DNA from: Acidilobaceae archaeon
GTDB taxonomy: Archaea > Thermoproteota > Thermoprotei_A > Sulfolobales > Acidilobaceae
Length of the DNA: 64,000 bases
Assembly: GCA_038897215.1 (NCBI GenBank)
Contig: JAWAWX010000001.1
Coordinates: forward strand, 1,024,001 to 1,088,000
Reading direction: 5' to 3'
Positions 9,767 through 19,829 of the stretch are shown piece by piece. Each line of letters starts with the position of its first letter. Position 1 is the first letter of the stretch. The position numbers were made by a program, and so were the translations under genes. Under the pieces are notes generated by a model, which saw only the letters and a list, made by a program, of their open reading frames with translations, did no database searches and was not told the DNA's origin.

Positions 9767-12700
9767 ATGAGGGTCGTTGATAGACTCTCGAATCAAGAAT
9801 ACAACCAGTTCAAGGTAGAGGAGTACGTTAAACGCTACTGGATAGAGTTCGATGTATACGAGGAGATCAAGAGAAGAGACGCTAGCAGAGCTAGAAAGTT
9901 CTACTTCCTAGACGGGCCTCCATACGCTTCAGCGAAATCGATCCACGTTGGCACAGGCTGGAATAAGGTGATCAAGGATATCGTGCTTAGATACCATAGG
10001 ATGCGTGGCTACAGAGTGTGGGATAAGCCGGGCTACGATACGCACGGCTTACCCATAGAGGTTAAGATCGAGCAAGCCCTAGGAACCACCACCAAGAAGG
10101 ATATAGCTGAGAAGATCGGCGTCGATAGATTCATAGAGGAGTGCAGGAGATTCGTGAACGAGAACATGGAGGCTATGACCAACCAGTTCAGAGAACTAGG
10201 AGTCTTCATGGATTGGAGCGACCCCTACATAACCTATACTAACGAGTACATAGAGTCTGGCTGGTGGCTGATTAAGAGAGCTCACGAGAAAGGACTACTA
10301 TACAAGAGCCTCAAGGTCGTCCACTGGTGCCCTAGATGCGAGACTACTCTAGCTGACTACGAGGTCTCCGAGTACAGAGAGCTCGAAGACCCATCTATAT
10401 ACGTGAAGCTACCAGTTAGAGGCAGGAGAGGAGAGTATCTACTAATCTGGACTACAACGCCCTGGACTCTGCCCGCTAACGTGTTCGTCATGGCTCACCC
10501 CGAACTCGAATACGTTAGAGTAAGAGTAGGCGACGAGGTGCTAATACTAGCTAAGAGCAGACTAGAGGAGGTTATGAGAGAAGCCGGCATAAGAGACTAC
10601 GAGGTGCTAGAAGAGCTCAGAGGAGCTAGCCTAGAGGGGCTAGAGTACGACCACCCACTTGAAGACCTAGTCCCAGCTCAGAGTAGAGCTAGAGAGTTCC
10701 ACAGGATAGTAATGGCTCCCGAAGCTGTAACAGCATACGAGGGGACAGGGCTCGTTCACGGAGCTCCGGGTCATGGAACCGTCGACTACGACGTAGGCCT
10801 TGCTCTAAACGCTCCCGTGATCTCTCTCGTAGACGAGAGGGGGTTTATGAGCAGAGAAGCGGGCAAATACCACGGGCTCTACTTCAGAACACAGGCCAAC
10901 GACGCCATAGTAGAAGACCTGAGAGCTAGAGGCGCGTTACTCCACGCCGGTAAGATAACCCACAGATACCCCGTCTGCTGGAGGTGCAAGACCCCGCTTG
11001 TTCTGAGAGCTACAGAGCAGTGGTACATAGCTGTAACCAAGCTCAAAGACGAGTTACTCAGAGCAGCTGAGGAGATAGAGTGGGTGCCCTCTTGGGCTAA
11101 GACGAGGTTCGTCAACCTGCTTAGAGAGCTGAGAGACTGGGTTATAAGCAGGCAGAGGTTCTGGGGCATACCTCTACCGATCTGGCTCTGCAAGCACTGC
11201 GGCCACATGGAGGTCGTTGGCAGCGTTGAAGAGCTCCGCGCGCTGGGAGGAGAGCCTCCTAGAGACTTGCATAGACCCTGGATCGATGAGGTGAAGCTGA
11301 GGTGCCCCAAGTGCGGAGGCCTCATGGAGAGAGTGCCCGATGTTCTCGACGTCTGGTTCGATAGCGGGATAGCCTTCTACGCTAGTCTAGGCTACCCGAG
11401 GAGGAGAGAGCTCTACGAGAGCTTAGAGCCCGTGGACTTCATAGTCGAGGGCCACGACCAGATCAGAGGCTGGTTCTTCAGCCTGCTTAGAAGCGGGGTC
11501 ATAGCGTTCGGTAAAGCCCCCTACCGAAGAGTCCTAGTTCACGGCTTTGCTCTCGATGAGCAAGGCAGAGAGATGCATAAGAGTCTAGGGAACTACGTTG
11601 ACTTCGAGGAACTCATATCGAAGTGCCCTAGAGACGTCTTCAGGCTATGGGTAGCCTCGAACACTGTCTGGGAGGACCTGAGATTCTCTTGGAGAGGGCT
11701 TGAGCAGATGCAGAGAGACTTTAACGTCTTCTGGAACACCTTCGTCTTCGCTTCAACATACATGGGTCTCGATGGATTCGACCCGGAGACTGTAAGCCTC
11801 ACCGCTATCGCTGAACACCTAGAGCCAGAGGACAAGTGGCTTCTCTCGAGGCTAAACAAGCTGGTTAGAGAATACCATAGAAGCATGGAGGCTCTCGAGA
11901 TCCACGAGGCTGCGAGAGCTCTGAGAAGCTTCCTGATAGAAGACGTGAGCAGATTCTACGTGAGGCTGGTTAGGAGGAGAGTGTGGGAGGAGGCTGATAC
12001 CCCCTCTAAGAGAGCCGCTTACGCTACGCTATACACTGTCCTCAAGACCTGGCTTGTCCTCTCAGCTCCCTTCATACCCTTCTTCGCTGAGTACGTGTAC
12101 CTGCATCTATTCAGAGAAGCTGAGAGAGATAGCCCTAAGTCAGTCCACATGCTAGAGCTCCCAGACCCCGATGAGAGTCTGATAGATGAGAGTCTCGAGA
12201 AAGACATGGAGGTAGCCAGGAGAGTCGTGGAGTCAGCTTTATCGGCTAGAGCTCAAGCCGGGCTGAAGCTGAGGAGGCCTCTCAGGAGGCTAGTCGTGTA
12301 CACCAACCTGGACTCCGTTAGGAGAGCTGTCGAGAGGCTAGCGGATATAGTGAGAGAGCTCGCTAACGTTAAAGTCGTCGAGGTCAAAGAGCTAAGAGAG
12401 CTGGAGGAAGCTAGAACCTACGACTTGAGGATAGTCGTGAGCGAGATCGGGAAAGACTACAAGAGCCTAGCGCCCGCTATAGTGAGAGAGATTGAGTCGA
12501 GGAAGAGCGAGGTCTTAGAAGCCTTGGTGAAGAAGGGCTACTGCGAGCTCCACGTCGAGGGGAGAGTAGTGAAGCTAGACAGTAGACACCTAGAGGTCAA
12601 AGCTACCTATCCTGATTGGATGCACGTCAGTGAGACTGCTGACTACATCCTAGCTCTCGATGCTAGAGTGAGTAGAGAAGAGGAGGCTGAAGGACTGGCT

Positions 12701-12943
12701 CGCGAGGTAGTTAGGAGAGTCCAGTTCATGAGGAAAGAGCTCAAGCTACACGTATCCGATAACATAGAGGTGTGGATTAGCGGAGACGAGGAGCTACTAG
12801 AGGCTATCAGACTCTTCGAGAGCTACGTGTCTAACGAGACGAGAGCCATAGCTATACACTACGGAGAGCCTCCTAGAGACGTGTACTCTAGAGTCTGGGA
12901 TGTGGACGAGAAGATTCTAGTCGTTGGAGTCAAGAGGGTCTAG
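9767..12943 (+). CDS. ileS: isoleucine--tRNA ligase
   Basis: [50 protein letters not shown]. Confidence 0.97.
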   Translation: MRVVDRLSNQEYNQFKVEEYVKRYWIEFDVYEEIKRRDASRARKFYFLDGPPYASAKSIHVGTGWNKVIKDIVLRYHRMRGYRVWDKPGYDTHGLPIEVKIEQALGTTTKKDIAEKIGVDRFIEECRRFVNENMEAMTNQFRELGVFMDWSDPYITYTNEYIESGWWLIKRAHEKGLLYKSLKVVHWCPRCETTLADYEVSEYRELEDPSIYVKLPVRGRRGEYLLIWTTTPWTLPANVFVMAHPELEYVRVRVGDEVLILAKSRLEEVMREAGIRDYEVLEELRGASLEGLEYDHPLEDLVPAQSRAREFHRIVMAPEAVTAYEGTGLVHGAPGHGTVDYDVGLALNAPVISLVDERGFMSREAGKYHGLYFRTQANDAIVEDLRARGALLHAGKITHRYPVCWRCKTPLVLRATEQWYIAVTKLKDELLRAAEEIEWVPSWAKTRFVNLLRELRDWVISRQRFWGIPLPIWLCKHCGHMEVVGSVEELRALGGEPPRDLHRPWIDEVKLRCPKCGGLMERVPDVLDVWFDSGIAFYASLGYPRRRELYESLEPVDFIVEGHDQIRGWFFSLLRSGVIAFGKAPYRRVLVHGFALDEQGREMHKSLGNYVDFEELISKCPRDVFRLWVASNTVWEDLRFSWRGLEQMQRDFNVFWNTFVFASTYMGLDGFDPETVSLTAIAEHLEPEDKWLLSRLNKLVREYHRSMEALEIHEAARALRSFLIEDVSRFYVRLVRRRVWEEADTPSKRAAYATLYTVLKTWLVLSAPFIPFFAEYVYLHLFREAERDSPKSVHMLELPDPDESLIDESLEKDMEVARRVVESALSARAQAGLKLRRPLRRLVVYTNLDSVRRAVERLADIVRELANVKVVEVKELRELEEARTYDLRIVVSEIGKDYKSLAPAIVREIESRKSEVLEALVKKGYCELHVEGRVVKLDSRHLEVKATYPDWMHVSETADYILALDARVSREEEAEGLAREVVRRVQFMRKELKLHVSDNIEVWISGDEELLEAIRLFESYVSNETRAIAIHYGEPPRDVYSRVWDVDEKILVVGVKRV

Positions 12944-12949
12944 ACTCTG

Positions 12950-13642
12950 TTGAGAGATACCAGTGTACTCTCAGCCAGCGATAGCGGAGACACTACCGCT
13001 CTCGTAGTCGTGAACCCAAGCGAGATCAGGCTCTACGCCTACTGCCCGAGACTCCTCTTCTTCAGAGAGCATTTGGGAGCTAGGAGGAGCCTAGCGCTAG
13101 AGCTGAGAGCTCTGATTGGGAGACTCTACCACATTATTCTAGGCTTCATAGCTCTCCTCAGAGGCTTCAAGGTAGAGCTCTCGCTGGAGGAGAAGCTGGG
13201 AAGCGTTGTTCTAAGAGGGAGACCCGACTACTACAGGATAGAGGAGGAGAGAGCTGAAGTCGTTGAAGCGAAGAGTTCGAGAGGCCCGCCTGAGGGGGTC
13301 TGGTTAAGCGACCTCCTCCAGGTTACCGCCTACGGCTTCATCCTAGCTAGAAGAGGAGCCAGGAGAGTAGACCTAGTCGTGAGGTATGCTGATGGAGCTA
13401 GGAGGCTAGAGCTCACGCCAGAGCTCTCAGTCATGATGCTGAAATCCGTAGACGATATAGTCATGGTCAAGAAGCACGGAGTCCTCCCGGTAGCCCTCAG
13501 GAGCGAGGCTAAGTGCGAGAAGTGCCTCTACAGAGAGGAGTGCTACAGCATAGACGAGAACCTGGAGGCAGAAGGGGATTTAGACGAGCCCGGAGAGTGG
13601 CTGAAGAATGTTAAGAGAGTCTACGCGATACTAGAAGAGTAA
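12950..13642 (+). CDS. cas4: solo Cas4-like PD-(D/E)xK nuclease with 4-Cys Fe-S motif
   Basis: YCPR, GRPD, VEAK, QVTAY, C-terminal CEKCLYREEC; no other cas gene or array nearby. Confidence 0.8.
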   Translation: MRDTSVLSASDSGDTTALVVVNPSEIRLYAYCPRLLFFREHLGARRSLALELRALIGRLYHIILGFIALLRGFKVELSLEEKLGSVVLRGRPDYYRIEEERAEVVEAKSSRGPPEGVWLSDLLQVTAYGFILARRGARRVDLVVRYADGARRLELTPELSVMMLKSVDDIVMVKKHGVLPVALRSEAKCEKCLYREECYSIDENLEAEGDLDEPGEWLKNVKRVYAILEE

Positions 13643-13718
13643 GGCTTGAAACCCTCTACAACCAATAAAAGATGTTTCCGGGAAGAGATATAGGTTGTGG
13701 AGAGAAGCTTGAATCCAG

Positions 13719-13795
13719 GGGCCCGTAGCTCAGCCTGGCGGAGCGCCCGGCTGATAACCGGGAGGTCCGGGGTTCGAATCCCCGCGGGCCCACCA
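13719..13795 (+). tRNA. tRNA-Ile(GAT)
   Basis: Acceptor GGGCCCG/CGGGCCC, anticodon arm CCCGG-CT-GAT-AA-CCGGG, GGTTCGAATCC, encoded CCA. Confidence 0.96.
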
Positions 13796-14058
13796 GACCA
13801 CTACTTCGCGCACCCACTCTCCCCCATCGCTACACACTGCTAACACTTAGAGTCGAGAATATGCCGAAGAGAGCCCCCAGTTTCAACTATTGCGAGCTTC
13901 GAGAGGAGGATTCGAGGAGAGCTTGTCTTCGAGAATCAGACCTCTCGAGGGCTTCGCTGTCTCATAGTCTTCAGTACTCGCGCTGAGCGGCTCTCCTATC
14001 TAGTGTTGGTTCTCGATATTTACGATGTAGCGCTGGTCGCGTTTTGCTTGAGGAGAGT

Positions 14059-14134
14059 TGGTAGCCGGGCGGGGATTCGAACCCCGGTCACGGGGGCCAG
14101 AGCCCCGCATCCTGGGCCGCTAGACGACCCGGCT
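14059..14134 (-). tRNA. tRNA-Gln(CTG)
   Basis: Minus strand AGCCGGG.../CCCGGCT, anticodon arm CGGGG-CT-CTG-GC-CCCCG, GGTTCGAATCC, encoded CCA. Confidence 0.95.
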
Positions 14135-14175
14135 TCTCAGTCACAAGTATTTCTATCCAGCTGGATTTTTATACT

Positions 14176-14826
14176 CTACGAGATAGTAGAGTCTTCTGCT
14201 CTAAGTCTCCGCAAGGCCTCCCCGACTATGACCGTCCAGGGTCTGAGCGCTACGAGCTTCCCGCTCTCTTCTCTTGAAGCTAGCCCTTCTGCTAGGCAGA
14301 GCTCAACGACCTTCTCTAGGTCTCTACCTGTGAGTGCTAGGATGACTGAGAGAGCTTTCGCCACTGCTTTCGAGATTCTAGCGTGCTCACCTGAAACCCT
14401 CTCATAGCTCTCAGCTAGTTTTCTCGCCGCCTCCTCGACTACTTCTCTCGGCGCATTCGTCTCTATAGACCTCCTGCTCCTAAAGCCGACATAGTACCCT
14501 CTTCTTCTCAGATACTCTGCTAGAGTATCGATGGGTATCTTTGCTCCAGCTAGGTCTCTCAGGTCGTCCGCAGAGACTACTCTAACTCTCCTCGAGCGCT
14601 CTCTGCTCTCCTCCATTCTATACGATGATAGTATCTTGCGTATACGCTCGAGAGACATGAAGATCTCTGTGTCGGAGCCGTAGAGCTCTACTCTCAGCTT
14701 GTCTCCCGCTATGACGATACTCGCTGTTCTAGCAGTTATGCTTCTCGAAAGCTTCTCTAGAAACGCTTGAATATCGCCTCTAGCGCTCTCAGGGATCGCG
14801 AAATACCTCACGATACTCCTAGCCAT
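14176..14826 (-). CDS. conserved archaeal protein (DUF2067-like)
   Basis: Abuts csl4; pattern FLEKL..LRVELYG..IPIDTLAEYL..GY recalled for this family. Confidence 0.55.
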   Translation of the reverse strand: MARSIVRYFAIPESARGDIQAFLEKLSRSITARTASIVIAGDKLRVELYGSDTEIFMSLERIRKILSSYRMEESRERSRRVRVVSADDLRDLAGAKIPIDTLAEYLRRRGYYVGFRSRRSIETNAPREVVEEAARKLAESYERVSGEHARISKAVAKALSVILALTGRDLEKVVELCLAEGLASREESGKLVALRPWTVIVGEALRRLRAEDSTIS

Positions 14827-14827
14827 C

Positions 14828-15481
14828 TCACCACCTCTTAAGACCCAGCAGGAACCTCAACCCGATAGAGTGTACTCGTGTAGAGGAAGCTAGAGCAGAG
14901 ACCTTCCTAGACTCTACGTTGCCACACTTCTCGCAAACCATAGTCTTCGTGCCAGCAGGCTTTAAGAGCGATAGGCAGCGAGAGCAGACAGCATAGAGAA
15001 CCCCGTACTGTGGGGGCTTGGTGGTTAGAGCGTAGGGGTTGTTGTTGTTGAGAGTCTTGGCTATCACTAGATCGCCGGGCCTATAGTAGTCTAGAGGGTC
15101 CTTGACGTACTCTACCGTCATCTGGCTTATTGGAAGAAGTCCTGTAAGCAGACCCGGGAGCTCTACTAGCCCCGCTAGCGTGCTCCCCGAGATCGAGGCA
15201 ATCCCGTATATGTCTATCACCGCTAAGTCTTGCCTGACGCTCGAGACGACGCCGAAGACGCTGAAGCCCTGCTTGACGACTCTGACTCTAGGCAGGGGGG
15301 TTACTGCGACAGTCTTGGAGTTAGAGTCTATGGAGACTAAGCCTATCACGCTAGACCTGAGGAATCCGTCTTTATCCTCATACAGCCCGCTTGCTCCAAC
15401 ATACTCCTCTATGGATGCTACCCTATCTCCCGGTAGCGTTATCTTGCTCTCTCTCCTCTCGCTCGAAGCATATGATGTCAA
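14828..15481 (-). CDS. csl4: exosome complex RNA-binding protein Csl4
   Basis: LPGD..EEY..G.G.YE, S1 domain (PGDLVIAK), Zn ribbon CSRC..CEKCGNVESRKVS. Confidence 0.92.
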   Translation of the reverse strand: MTSYASSERRESKITLPGDRVASIEEYVGASGLYEDKDGFLRSSVIGLVSIDSNSKTVAVTPLPRVRVVKQGFSVFGVVSSVRQDLAVIDIYGIASISGSTLAGLVELPGLLTGLLPISQMTVEYVKDPLDYYRPGDLVIAKTLNNNNPYALTTKPPQYGVLYAVCSRCLSLLKPAGTKTMVCEKCGNVESRKVSALASSTRVHSIGLRFLLGLKRW

Positions 15482-16088
15482 CCTTCACTCTCCTCACTCT
15501 ACTCTTGTGGTGCCTCATACACGCAGGGATATCTACTCTATCGCTCCACAGCCTTCTAGCTCTATACCCGTTCTCTGCTGATAAGCTTGCGTGATAGCTT
15601 AGATTGCCTGACTTCAGTATAGCGTATACTCTGCTAGGCTCTAGGGAGAAAGCGTAGAGCAGAAACTCTGTATCAGAGCCTCTCCTATGGACGCCGAAGG
15701 GGGGATTCATGAGGATCACGTCTGGGCCTCCGCGAGCTAGAGGTCCTTCAGCTCTACCCACTCTAGAGGCGATGAAGAGAAGACGGTCTGATACCCCCAG
15801 CTCTCTAGCCGCTTCTAGGCATAGACTTGAGAGCCTCAAGTCAGCCTCTACGGCTACAGCTTTAGAGGCTCCTAGTAGCAGAGCCGCTAAAGCTAGCCTG
15901 CAAGTCCCGGCTCCCAGGTCTGCCACGACCCCGTCTTCGAGGAGACCGCTTAGCTTAGCGTGGAGAGCGAGCTTGAGAGCTAGATCTGCTGGAGTCGTGT
16001 ACTGCTCGAGGTTAAGCCTAGGGCTAGGTATTCTCGGAGCCGCTTTCTCCAGTAGTCTAGCTAGCTCTCCTAGACTAGCCTTACTCAA
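15423..16088 (-). CDS. METTL5-like N6-adenine RNA methyltransferase
   Basis: LEQYTTP, DLGAGT, MNPPFG, HHK motif. Confidence 0.88.
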   Translation of the reverse strand: MSKASLGELARLLEKAAPRIPSPRLNLEQYTTPADLALKLALHAKLSGLLEDGVVADLGAGTCRLALAALLLGASKAVAVEADLRLSSLCLEAARELGVSDRLLFIASRVGRAEGPLARGGPDVILMNPPFGVHRRGSDTEFLLYAFSLEPSRVYAILKSGNLSYHASLSAENGYRARRLWSDRVDIPACMRHHKSRVRRVKVDIICFEREEREQDNATGR

Positions 16089-16102
16089 TGCTCTAGCCTC
16101 TC

Positions 16103-16576
16103 TCAGCTCTCCTCCTCGACTCGCTCTCCTAGCACAGCCGATACTATATCGTAGAGCTCCGGGTCTTTCTCTCTTATCCTAGAGAGAGACCAGGGCTTCC
16201 AGCCCCCTCTTCTCACGCCTCTAAGCGTTGAGGCTACCCACGTCTGGTATATCTTGCCGCAATTGCCGTAGTTCTTGCAGCTATTCTCTAGAAACACTTG
16301 GATCACCTTAGCTGCCTCCTCGTCTTCAAGCTTCTTCACATTAACGAGGTATCTGCTGAGCACGTATAGGATGAGGCGAGCTCTCCCATCAGGCACTCCT
16401 CTCTCTATGAGTTTCTCTATCCATCTATACGAGGGGGTTTTTCTCGCTCTTCGTTCAGCATGCTCGCATACCTCGAGAGGGTCGCATAAGCCGACTAGAA
16501 AGCTTTCTAGAGCTTTCTTGCAATCATCGAGCCCTCTTCTGCAAGCTTCGAGAACCCTAGTCCAAGCCTCGCTCAA
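16103..16576 (-). CDS. priX: DNA primase non-catalytic subunit PriX
   Basis: YRWIEKL..GVPDGR.RLILYVLSRYLVNVK..KIY..W..PWSL. Confidence 0.85.
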   Translation of the reverse strand: MSEAWTRVLEACRRGLDDCKKALESFLVGLCDPLEVCEHAERRARKTPSYRWIEKLIERGVPDGRARLILYVLSRYLVNVKKLEDEEAAKVIQVFLENSCKNYGNCGKIYQTWVASTLRGVRRGGWKPWSLSRIREKDPELYDIVSAVLGERVEEES

Positions 16577-16589
16577 GCGCGGCCAGCCT

Positions 16590-17189
16590 CTAGACCCTCT
16601 TTAGTCTAGCGTCTGCTACAGCTATGCTCTCGACCTCTACTAGAGCGTAGTAGCCGAGAGCTATAGAGCCTGAGTTCACGAAGAGCGCTCCACTTTGCTT
16701 TAGCACTCCAACACTGTCGTGCACGTGACCGAAGAGATGGATGAAGGGCTTGAAGCGCTCTACCAGACGCCTAACCTCGAGAAGCCCCCCGTGGATTCTC
16801 GGAGAGCCTGAGTCTAAGACCCCGGCTGGGGGGTGGTGGGAGACGAGCACTACCGGCTTCTCGACACTTCTCCGCGAGACAGCGTTCTCTAAGAGCTTGA
16901 CGTTGTTAACAGCCTCAAGACCCCCTACACCAGCTACCGCAAAGTCTCCGACATCTCTCACCAACCCGTCGAGGAGAGAGCTCTCTCTCTTCAGCAACCT
17001 GTATATAGCCGGGTTGTCTAGCTCTCCCGTGACAACATAAACCTCCCCCCCTTCTTCTAGCAGGAGCTCCGCTATATCGATACACTCGAAGTCTCCAGTG
17101 TAGACGACTATTCTGAACGCTTCTCTCTTTAGCACAGAGGATAGCATCGAGTGTTCGCAATGAGCGTCAGAGAGGTGGAGTAGGCGCAC
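16590..17189 (-). CDS. calcineurin-like metallophosphoesterase
   Basis: SDAH, TGD, GELD, SHHPP, FGHVH, VNSGS. Confidence 0.88.
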   Translation of the reverse strand: MRLLHLSDAHCEHSMLSSVLKREAFRIVVYTGDFECIDIAELLLEEGGEVYVVTGELDNPAIYRLLKRESSLLDGLVRDVGDFAVAGVGGLEAVNNVKLLENAVSRRSVEKPVVLVSHHPPAGVLDSGSPRIHGGLLEVRRLVERFKPFIHLFGHVHDSVGVLKQSGALFVNSGSIALGYYALVEVESIAVADARLKRV

Positions 17190-17214
17190 AGACAGCGCCC
17201 TCGAGGACTCAGCT

Positions 17215-17643
17215 CTAGCTCTCAGTCTCCCCTATGAATACGAGAGTTATCTGCCTACTGCGAGGCCCATCCATCTCTACGACCATGATCCTCTGCCACG
17301 TCCCGAGCGCTAGTCTCCCGTTGATTACCGGTATTACTCTCTCTCCTCCCAAGACTATGTTCGAGAGATGAGCGTGAGCGTTTTCATCTACGAGATTGTG
17401 TCTCCAGGGAGCTCCCGGCTTCGTTATCTCAGACATAAGGCTTATGATGTCCTCCTTGAGACCAGGCTCGCTCTCATTCACCACGATAGACATAGTGGTG
17501 TGCGGCGAGTAAACCAGCAGGAGCCCGCTCCTAGCCCTGATCTCTCTAAGCCACTCCTCCACTCTACCAGTCACATCTACTACCTCGCGAGGTCTTCTAG
17601 TCTCGAGAGCTATGCGCTCGTGGAGAACCTTCAAGCCGCTCAC
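17215..17643 (-). CDS. yjbQ: YjbQ/UPF0047 family protein (secondary thiamine-phosphate synthase family)
   Basis: PHTT..VNE.EPGL, NAHAHL, LGTWQ..EMDGPR.R. Confidence 0.9.
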   Translation of the reverse strand: MSGLKVLHERIALETRRPREVVDVTGRVEEWLREIRARSGLLLVYSPHTTMSIVVNESEPGLKEDIISLMSEITKPGAPWRHNLVDENAHAHLSNIVLGGERVIPVINGRLALGTWQRIMVVEMDGPRSRQITLVFIGETES

Positions 17644-17811
17644 GCTCCCACCTCTTCTAGCGCTTAGGCTATGCTTTATAGCCCCTAGGACTCCTCTCTC
17701 CTAGCTGGCGGGATGCCCGGCTAGAGCCTCCGGCTAGGAGAAGCCGGGGCTAGTTAGCCGAGATAACCGGTGACGATGCGGCGGCTGTGGGACCGCGGCG
17801 GTGTCAGAGCT

Positions 17812-19677
17812 GTGGTTGAGGAGAGTATTCGATTCCCCTACGATTCCTTTAGGAGAGGGCAGAAAGAGCTTAGTGATGAGATAGCTCAGGGTGTAGCTAG
17901 CGGCGATATTGTTGCTGTTAAAGCGCCCACGGGATTCGGGAAGACTGTTGCAGTGCTATATGGAGTCTTGAGAGCTGGTGTTGAGAAAGTAGTCTACGTA
18001 GTGAGGACTGTCAACGAGCTAGACCCAGTGGTTAGAGAGCTCAAGCGCTTCGATGAACCCTTCACCTTCCTCTTCTCTGCTAGAAGGTCCTGCCCCCTTA
18101 TGCAGAAACACTTCTCTAAAGGCATTCCGAGACATGAGGATTTCTGGAGGAACTGCTCTATAGCTAGACTGAAGGGTTTGTGCTCCTACTACGAGAAAGC
18201 CTCTAGCATAGACGGAGCTAGAGTCGTGAGCTATCTGCGCTCATATCCAGGATTTCACGCTCATCTGATTGCTCGAGAGCTAGCTAGGAGCTTCAACGTA
18301 TGCCCCTTCTTCTCTCTAGTCAAGACGATCGAGGCTTCTAGAGTAGTCGCGGCTACCTACCCTTATCTCTTTGAGAGAGAGATCTTCGAGGAGATCTTCT
18401 ACGATTACAGCTACTCCGATTTAGTAGTAGTTGTCGACGAAGCACACAATCTGCTAAACGCGCAGAGCCTTGTCGAGCGTAGAGTGAGCCTGAGCGAGCT
18501 AGAAGAAGCAGCTCGAGAAATAGAGAAGTACGAGCCTGACTTCGCGAGCCTAGCTACTCCACTCTATCGAGTACGCGATTCTCTAGCTCAGCTAGCTAAG
18601 CGTAGAGTGAGGGGCCTCAAGCACCTAGATAAGAGTCTCGTAGCTGAAGCTGTGAATAGCTATGAACTCCTATCAGACCTGGAGAGAGAGATTAGGGAGA
18701 AGCTGCTCCTCAAAGCTCTACTCGAGTCTAGAGAGCTCTCTCCAGTAAGCCTAGCTCTAAGCAGGGTCGTCAAGTGGCTGGAGAGCTTGAAGAACCCAGA
18801 CTACTTCCTCTTTGCTGCTCTCGAGGGAGACTCTCCTCAGCTCGTATCAACGCCCATAGACCCCTCTGTAGTCGCTCGCGAGCCTCTAGACTCTAGTAGA
18901 GCATCTGTGCTGATGAGTGGAACCCTTCCTCCACCCAGCGTGCTCAGGTCTATCCTAGGCTTGACTAAGCCTCTAAGATACGTGGATACCGAGATGCTCT
19001 ACGGGCCTCTAGTACCCTACTCGAGCATAGCTACCATCGTAGCCACAGACGTCACGACACTCTATAGGGAGAGAGGCGCGCGGATGTACCAGAAGATAGC
19101 TAGCTATCTCACAGTGATAGCTAGAACCCTTCCTGGACCCAAGCTGGTAGTGTATCCTAGCTACGACTTGATGAAGTCTATCACCAGCCTGCTACCTCTA
19201 GACCTAGATATGGTCGTCGAGACTGCTGCAACCAGCTTGAGTGAAGTCGAGGAGAGAGTTAGGAGCACGCGAGACATCTTGATCAACGCTGTAGCCGGAG
19301 GAAAGCTGGTCGAGGGCGTCGAGTTCACTGAAGAGGATGGGAGAAACATACTCCACATAGTGGTGCTCGTCGGAGTCCCCTTCCCCCAGACAGACGACTT
19401 TACAGAGATGGCTATAGAAGCTCTATCGAGGAGATTCAAGAGCAGAGGAGAGGCGAGAAGAAGCTTCTACCTGAGCACAGCGGCTATTAGAGCAAAGCAG
19501 GCTCTAGGGAGAGCTCTCAGAGCACCCGAAGACCGCGCTATCTTCATCCTACTAGACTACAGGTATCTTAGGAGAGACTTGAAGAGCCTTCTAGGAATAC
19601 GCTACAACGACATTGTAGGAGACCCCGAAGCACTCGAGGAAGCTCTCGAGAGAGCTAGAAGAATCCTAGAAATCTAA
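17812..19677 (+). CDS. xpd: XPD/Rad3 Fe-S DNA helicase
   Basis: Q motif FPY..FR.GQ, APTGFGKT, four Cys, DEAHNL, MSGT, GKLVEG, QALGR, DYRY; start placed at in-frame GTG after GGTG (ORF track starts at 17770). Confidence 0.92.
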   Translation: MVEESIRFPYDSFRRGQKELSDEIAQGVASGDIVAVKAPTGFGKTVAVLYGVLRAGVEKVVYVVRTVNELDPVVRELKRFDEPFTFLFSARRSCPLMQKHFSKGIPRHEDFWRNCSIARLKGLCSYYEKASSIDGARVVSYLRSYPGFHAHLIARELARSFNVCPFFSLVKTIEASRVVAATYPYLFEREIFEEIFYDYSYSDLVVVVDEAHNLLNAQSLVERRVSLSELEEAAREIEKYEPDFASLATPLYRVRDSLAQLAKRRVRGLKHLDKSLVAEAVNSYELLSDLEREIREKLLLKALLESRELSPVSLALSRVVKWLESLKNPDYFLFAALEGDSPQLVSTPIDPSVVAREPLDSSRASVLMSGTLPPPSVLRSILGLTKPLRYVDTEMLYGPLVPYSSIATIVATDVTTLYRERGARMYQKIASYLTVIARTLPGPKLVVYPSYDLMKSITSLLPLDLDMVVETAATSLSEVEERVRSTRDILINAVAGGKLVEGVEFTEEDGRNILHIVVLVGVPFPQTDDFTEMAIEALSRRFKSRGEARRSFYLSTAAIRAKQALGRALRAPEDRAIFILLDYRYLRRDLKSLLGIRYNDIVGDPEALEEALERARRILEI

Positions 19678-19829
19678 GCTAAGCTGGGGCTTGAGAGAAG
19701 AGCCCGGCTCTGCCTCTAAGGCTTGTCGAGTCTCGCGCTTGGCGCGCAGCTATTTGGTCGAGGAGGAGCCCCTTAGGCGAGCTCTAAGGTTTAATATTCT
19801 CTAGCACGCTAAACATCAGGGATTCCTGG

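Noticed and set aside
13719-14134. Integrated element or att site at tRNA-Ile/tRNA-Gln beside cas4
   Set aside because: No integrase, no duplicated tRNA 3' end seen, and the flanking genes are core
14003-14407. 134-aa plus-strand ORF
   Set aside because: Antisense to tRNA-Gln and to the 14176-14826 gene
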